DNA of 64,000 nucleotides from an uncultured bacterium (lineage in GTDB: Bacteria; Abyssobacteria; SURF-5): NCBI GenBank assembly GCA_964607485.1, contig CAZSKP010000007.1, positions 85,539-149,538 of the forward strand, written 5' to 3'. Of this stretch, positions 59,942 to 64,000 are shown in pieces (position 1 is the first letter of the stretch; every line of letters begins with the position of its first letter). Below the pieces are notes generated by a model. It had not been told where the DNA came from. It made no database searches and saw only the letters and a program-made list of their open reading frames with translations. The translations under genes and the position numbers were made by a program.

Positions 59942-60349
59942 TCAGGCACTGCGTTTACCACAATCACGAAATAACCTCCGTTGCCACGACTGCGGGTGCT
60001 GCCACTCCTGGCTCCGAAACACCAGGGCGTCAACCGCCTGTCGGACATTGGGATCATCGATATGCTCAAGCATCTCTTCATAGAAAAAGAGAACATGCTT
60101 CGGCGCACGAGACAAGCGGTCGATGGGTTCACACAGTGAACTGCCCCGAACAGTGGTACCAGCTTCCCCCATATTGAGGCAAGATGGTTCCCGAGCTTTT
60201 TCGGTTTTTCCAGTTTGATGATACTCACTGAACTCCGTGATCTCAAGGAAATGACTATTGGATAAGGACAAGTTATATTTGAACCAGTCGTATGGATATT
60301 CCTCACTGGCGTAAAACCCATGAAGGACGGTAGTACAAGGCCTGGAAGC
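59942..60349 (-). pseudogene. possible gene fragment abutting repeat copy K
   Basis: The track ORF begins inside the repeat remnant; the downstream part looks protein-like; family not recognised. Confidence 0.35.
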
Positions 60350-60402
60350 GTGAAGAATAGAAAACGAAATGTGCACTTTCCGGGAGGATGAATAACGTGC
60401 AA
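60350..60402 (+). repeat. collapsed module-boundary repeat, copy K
   Basis: GTGAAGAATAGAAAACGAAATG|TGCACTTTC...GTGCA: head joined directly to the second hairpin. Confidence 0.6.
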
Positions 60403-60673
60403 AATTGGAACCGAGGCTGCACTTATCAGGACGCAGATAAGCGAGACTTTCGACTTCGCGCGATGGCTGGCTCTGTCAATGAGTAGACCTGACCCTCTAT
60501 GCTTCCCCACACTTCTAATATGGGGACGATTTCGCTGCCGTCGAAAAAGATGTCCAGGAAATAGCGCTCCGCATTATGGTTCCCTTTGATATTCGCCTCC
60601 TTGACATTTGTCGTCCTTGTCCCTTTTTGATTTATAGACATATCCTGTTGAGGAAATTCTACCACATGTGCCA

Positions 60674-61465
60674 TCAAGTCATCATTCCCTGAAGGACAGC
60701 CATGAGATCGTTCAGCTGGGACGCGTATTCAGGGGATCCGTCGATGGACACACAACCCTTTTCCACCGCTTCGACGAATTCCACATCCTTCAGCAGCACT
60801 TTCATGGCGCCCTCCACACCGTTGAACCGGAAATGAACGAAAGGACGCCGTCGCTTATAGACTCCGCGCCCAGCCTTCGTCTTCCCGGCCTTCACGCGGA
60901 GGTACGCGGCGATTCCATCTTCTTCGTCATAGGGTTCCACGGTGAACTGATAGATTCTGTCGGGTTGTTTGCTGGCCCACTCGTTCATCCGGCTGTCCCC
61001 AAGCTTGTTGAAGACACTCAATGCCGTGGTGATCATGTAGAGGGACATTTTCACCTTCAGGTATTGCCTGTGCTCGTCCTTCGGTCGGGCCGTAGGCATC
61101 ATCAGCTTCAAGCTCATCATGAGTCTGAAAAACTTGATAAGCAGACTGAAATGTCTGAAACCCCGAATTTTGGGAAGCGCGGTTCCTCCTGTGAGCATTA
61201 CATTCATTTTCGCCACCGAGGAGAAATGCATGCTGATTGCAGGAGCGTCGCAGAACCCTTCGGCGGCCTTGAAATTCCCGTTATCAAAGGCCAGGTAACA
61301 CCCTAGTTTTTCCTCGCCGTTGTCGGCGGAAAACTGGACCTTCGCCTCCTCTTTCTCGAAGAGCTTTTTCATCTTCGGGTCGTCATTCAGGGGAACCTTC
61401 ATCACAGGGAAGGCCGCTCTGAAGAAGAGTCTGGCCGTCATAATATCTTTTTCGGATGCTCCCAT
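60674..61465 (-). CDS. hypothetical protein with two SCP2-like (sterol/lipid carrier) repeats
   Basis: Two similar halves (QF...YL.FDNG.FKA.EG; YQF...AYLRVKAGKTKAGRG...VSIDG); fold call is inferred. Confidence 0.55.
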   Translation of the reverse strand: MGASEKDIMTARLFFRAAFPVMKVPLNDDPKMKKLFEKEEAKVQFSADNGEEKLGCYLAFDNGNFKAAEGFCDAPAISMHFSSVAKMNVMLTGGTALPKIRGFRHFSLLIKFFRLMMSLKLMMPTARPKDEHRQYLKVKMSLYMITTALSVFNKLGDSRMNEWASKQPDRIYQFTVEPYDEEDGIAAYLRVKAGKTKAGRGVYKRRRPFVHFRFNGVEGAMKVLLKDVEFVEAVEKGCVSIDGSPEYASQLNDLMAVLQGMMT

Positions 61466-61466
61466 T

Positions 61467-62483
61467 TTATACCTCGTCTTCCCAGTCCTCGTCTTCTTCG
61501 AATTCGAGCTTCATAACCTCCCGGATCGTATCCACGATGCCGTTCGCATCCAGCCTGTAATAGGCATAGAGATCCTCGGGATATCCCACCTCACTGTAAA
61601 TGTCCGGAAGTCCCAGTTTCCTGAAGGCGCATCCCTTTCCGCTTTCGGCGATAACGTCGGCAACAGCGCTTCCAAGACCGCCAAGAACGTTATGCTCTTC
61701 CACCGTAATGATCCTTCGAGTATCCACTACTGCCTTCATGACCGCATCCCTGTCGATGGGTTTGATGGTGTGCATATTGATGATCCTGACCGAAAGGCCG
61801 TCTGTCTCTTCCAGGGTGCGGGCGGCCTCGGCGGATTGGAGAACGCCTATTCCGCACGTAATGATCGTCAAGTCGGTTCCGTCCTGTATCGTGTGGGCCT
61901 TGCCGATTTGAAAACCGTAGCCCTCGGTGTCGTAGTAAGGTGGCTCGAATCCCCTCCCGATGCGGATATAAACCGGTCCGGGCACATCCACACAGGCCCT
62001 CACCGCATTGGCCGTTTCCGTTCCGTCGGCAGGGACGATGACCGTCATGTTGGCGAAGCTTCTCATGATAGCAATATCTTCCGTACAGTGATGGGTTGTG
62101 CCGGCCGCGCCGAAGCTTATCCCGGAATGGGTGGCAATTATCTTGACGGGCAGGTTCTGGTAGCAGATATCCGTTCGCACCTGCTCTGCGGCCCTCATGC
62201 TGGCGAAAACTGCGAACGTGCTGGCAAAGGGGATCAGACCCATCTTGGCCATTCCCGCCGCCACACCCATCAGGTTCTGTTCGGCTATCCCCACGTTGAA
62301 AAAATGGTTCGGGCGTTCCTTCTCGAAGAGCGCAATGGCTGTGGACTTGGCCAGGTCCGCAGACAGCCCCACGAGCTTATCGTTGGTTTTACTCATCTCC
62401 GCCAGCACGCGGCCATATATCTCCCGCGCCGTCATGGTACTGGCGTCGTAACATGTCCAGGTGGTTCCAGTTCCGTCGCTCAT
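61467..62483 (-). CDS. transketolase C-terminal subunit
   Basis: LSADLAKST, NVGIAEQN, RAAEQVR, GTTHH, GPVYIR, TIKPID, EEHNVLGGLG. Confidence 0.92.
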   Translation of the reverse strand: MSDGTGTTWTCYDASTMTAREIYGRVLAEMSKTNDKLVGLSADLAKSTAIALFEKERPNHFFNVGIAEQNLMGVAAGMAKMGLIPFASTFAVFASMRAAEQVRTDICYQNLPVKIIATHSGISFGAAGTTHHCTEDIAIMRSFANMTVIVPADGTETANAVRACVDVPGPVYIRIGRGFEPPYYDTEGYGFQIGKAHTIQDGTDLTIITCGIGVLQSAEAARTLEETDGLSVRIINMHTIKPIDRDAVMKAVVDTRRIITVEEHNVLGGLGSAVADVIAESGKGCAFRKLGLPDIYSEVGYPEDLYAYYRLDANGIVDTIREVMKLEFEEDEDWEDEV

Positions 62484-63340
62484 GCCTGCACTCCCTTTAA
62501 GATTGCCTCATACATCTTTTCTATCGAGGTATGCGCCTGTTCCTTGAGTTCCGCATCCACCGACCCATAATGCCAGGGGACCTGACCCTCCATGAAAGAG
62601 ATACCCTTTCCCTTTATCGTATTGGCGATGATGGCCACGGGTCGTTCCGTGGCGCCGAGAGCCTTCTCTATCGCTTCGGACAAGGCGTTCATGTCGTGCC
62701 CGTCCACCGTGACCACCTCCATTCCAAAGGCCTTGAGTTTGTCCTGTAGCGGTTCGATTCCCATCACCTTTTCGGTCGGACCGTCGATCATCAGCCGGTT
62801 CCGGTCGATGATGGTCACCAGATTGGTCAACTTATAGTGAGCAGCCGCCATGAAGGCTTCCCAGACACTTCCCTCATTACATTCGCCGTCACCCAAGATG
62901 CAGTACACTTTCAGGCCTTTGCCGAGCACCCGCGCGCCAAGGGCCATTCCCACGGCCATGGACAGGCCATGCCCCAGGGAACCGGTGGAGGCATCGCATC
63001 CACACACCTTCTGGGAATCGGGGTGCATCCCGAAGGGACTCTTGAATTTGTTGAAGGTCTTCAGTTCCTCGACATCGAAAAATCCGCGTCTCGCCAATAC
63101 CGGCGCGTACGCCACAGCAGCATGGCCCTTGCTCAAAACGAGACGGTCCCTGTCTTCCCAGCACGGGTCTTCAGGGTTGATGTTCAGATACTTGAAATAA
63201 AGGATGGTCAAAATGTCGATGACACTCAGTCCTCCGCCGATATGCGCTCCACCTGCCCAACTGGTTACGTCAACGATATCCTTTCTCAGTTGTTTGGCCT
63301 GGGCATATAATTTCTGCCCCTCATCTTTCGTTAGTGCCAT
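62480..63340 (-). CDS. transketolase N-terminal (TPP-binding) subunit
   Basis: HIGGGLS, DRLVLSKGH, TGSLGHG, GDGECNEG, DGHD, TIKGKG, WH. Confidence 0.92.
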   Translation of the reverse strand: MALTKDEGQKLYAQAKQLRKDIVDVTSWAGGAHIGGGLSVIDILTILYFKYLNINPEDPCWEDRDRLVLSKGHAAVAYAPVLARRGFFDVEELKTFNKFKSPFGMHPDSQKVCGCDASTGSLGHGLSMAVGMALGARVLGKGLKVYCILGDGECNEGSVWEAFMAAAHYKLTNLVTIIDRNRLMIDGPTEKVMGIEPLQDKLKAFGMEVVTVDGHDMNALSEAIEKALGATERPVAIIANTIKGKGISFMEGQVPWHYGSVDAELKEQAHTSIEKMYEAILKGVQA

Positions 63341-63605
63341 ACGCTTTCTCCTTCTCTTCTTATTTCAACCGGATCCAGATAGCCGCCCAACCGACCGATT
63401 TTCATCATTAAGAGCTCCATCCGGACCACCCTTTCTCCAATGCCCTAGTATATACCATCACGCGCCAATTCCAAAATAGCCGATGACAAACGTGCCAATT
63501 TCAAACGAGAAAAGGTTTCGGGAAGTCAACCATCGATGTGGAAAGGTGAATATTGTTCGCCGGCGGAAGGAGGCGGGATTCCAAATGAGTGAGGCGTCTC
63601 ACCCT

Positions 63606-63706
63606 GTACATCTTTGAAAACGGAATGTTGACTCACCGAGAGCGATATTTGAACGAGCGGATGGGCGGAAGTTGCACTTCTAGGAATCAGAAATAGTAGG
63701 GTTTTC
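63606..63706 (+). repeat. ~100-bp module-boundary repeat, copy D
   Basis: GTACATCTTTGAAAACGGAATGTTGACTC...GAGAGCGATATTTGAACGAGCGGATGGGCGGAAGTTGCACTT...AAATAGTAGGGTTTTC. Confidence 0.88.
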
Positions 63707-63948
63707 AACAGTTATTCTGAAGAATCTATGCTTTTCGCCCATGTTGCCTGATGTGCATCGGCCTATGGGAAATAGCGTTAGATCTTCATTTTTCAAGATA
63801 TGCTCGAATCCCTTTTCAAATCCGAACTCTGAAATTTCAATTATTTCTCGCTCAAGGTCTTAACCTTATTTAATAGAGTCTTCGTCTTTAGTGGGCTTCT
63901 GCAGCTCAGAATACGCTTCAGAAGCCCTCCAAGACGTTTATGCTGCGA

Positions 63949-64000
63949 TCAGGCGAGGTCGAAGCGGTCAAGGTTCATTACCTTGTTCCACGCCGCTACG
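63949..64000 (-). CDS. katG: 3' end of catalase-peroxidase (partial at window edge)
   Basis: Hand translation VAAWNKVMNLDRFDLA*, the characteristic KatG C-terminus. Confidence 0.8.
   Translation of the reverse strand, partial: VAAWNKVMNLDRFDLA

Larger units (their letters stand above)
51652..64000. mobile_element. island segment 3 (left end homologous to that of segment 1; runs off the window)
   Basis: Arm repeat 68 bp after CCA and boundary repeat ~315 bp after CCA, as in segment 1 (69 and ~304 bp). Confidence 0.6.

Noticed and set aside
21907-63706. The ~100-bp repeat as a CRISPR array or classical attC array
   Set aside because: Units are too long and diverged, spacers are kb-scale with operons, no cas genes were seen, and there are no attC R boxes.

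Overview
Bacterial genomic DNA from a probable anaerobe, in two parts. (1) About 1-21.6 kb is GC-rich core genome. It holds a metV(3' end)-metF-split glutamate-synthase-like cluster, lipB, two PilT/PilU ATPases, a CadC/CadA heavy-metal module, secA, a transglutaminase-like gene, a permease gene and tRNA-Val(TAC). A low-GC orphan integron cassette (ORF plus attC) sits inside nested inverted repeats before secA. (2) From the tRNA to the end of the window is a mosaic accessory region built of tandem and nested islands. A second copy of the tRNA 3' half is split into two pieces about 19.9 kb apart (31686-31711 and 51626-51651), integrase arm-like repeats occur three times, and no integrase gene is visible. 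The most striking unexplained feature is a ~100-bp two-hairpin repeat in 11 copies (8 full-length, 3 deleted or degenerate). All copies lie at boundaries between unrelated multi-gene cargo modules. All point one way within each island segment and flip exactly at the split-tRNA junctions, which suggests an integron-like or one-ended-capture cargo-accretion system. The cargo includes a cold-shock/translation module (rhlE, csp, RRM remnant, an unannotated bS21), B12 radical SAM, O-methyltransferases, a flavoprotein/2Fe-2S/racemase cluster, a MacAB-like ABC exporter, glf and GT2 genes, two AOR-family enzymes, a gamma-glutamylation-like cluster, a split transketolase and the 3' end of katG. All calls come from reading motifs by eye; no database searches were run.
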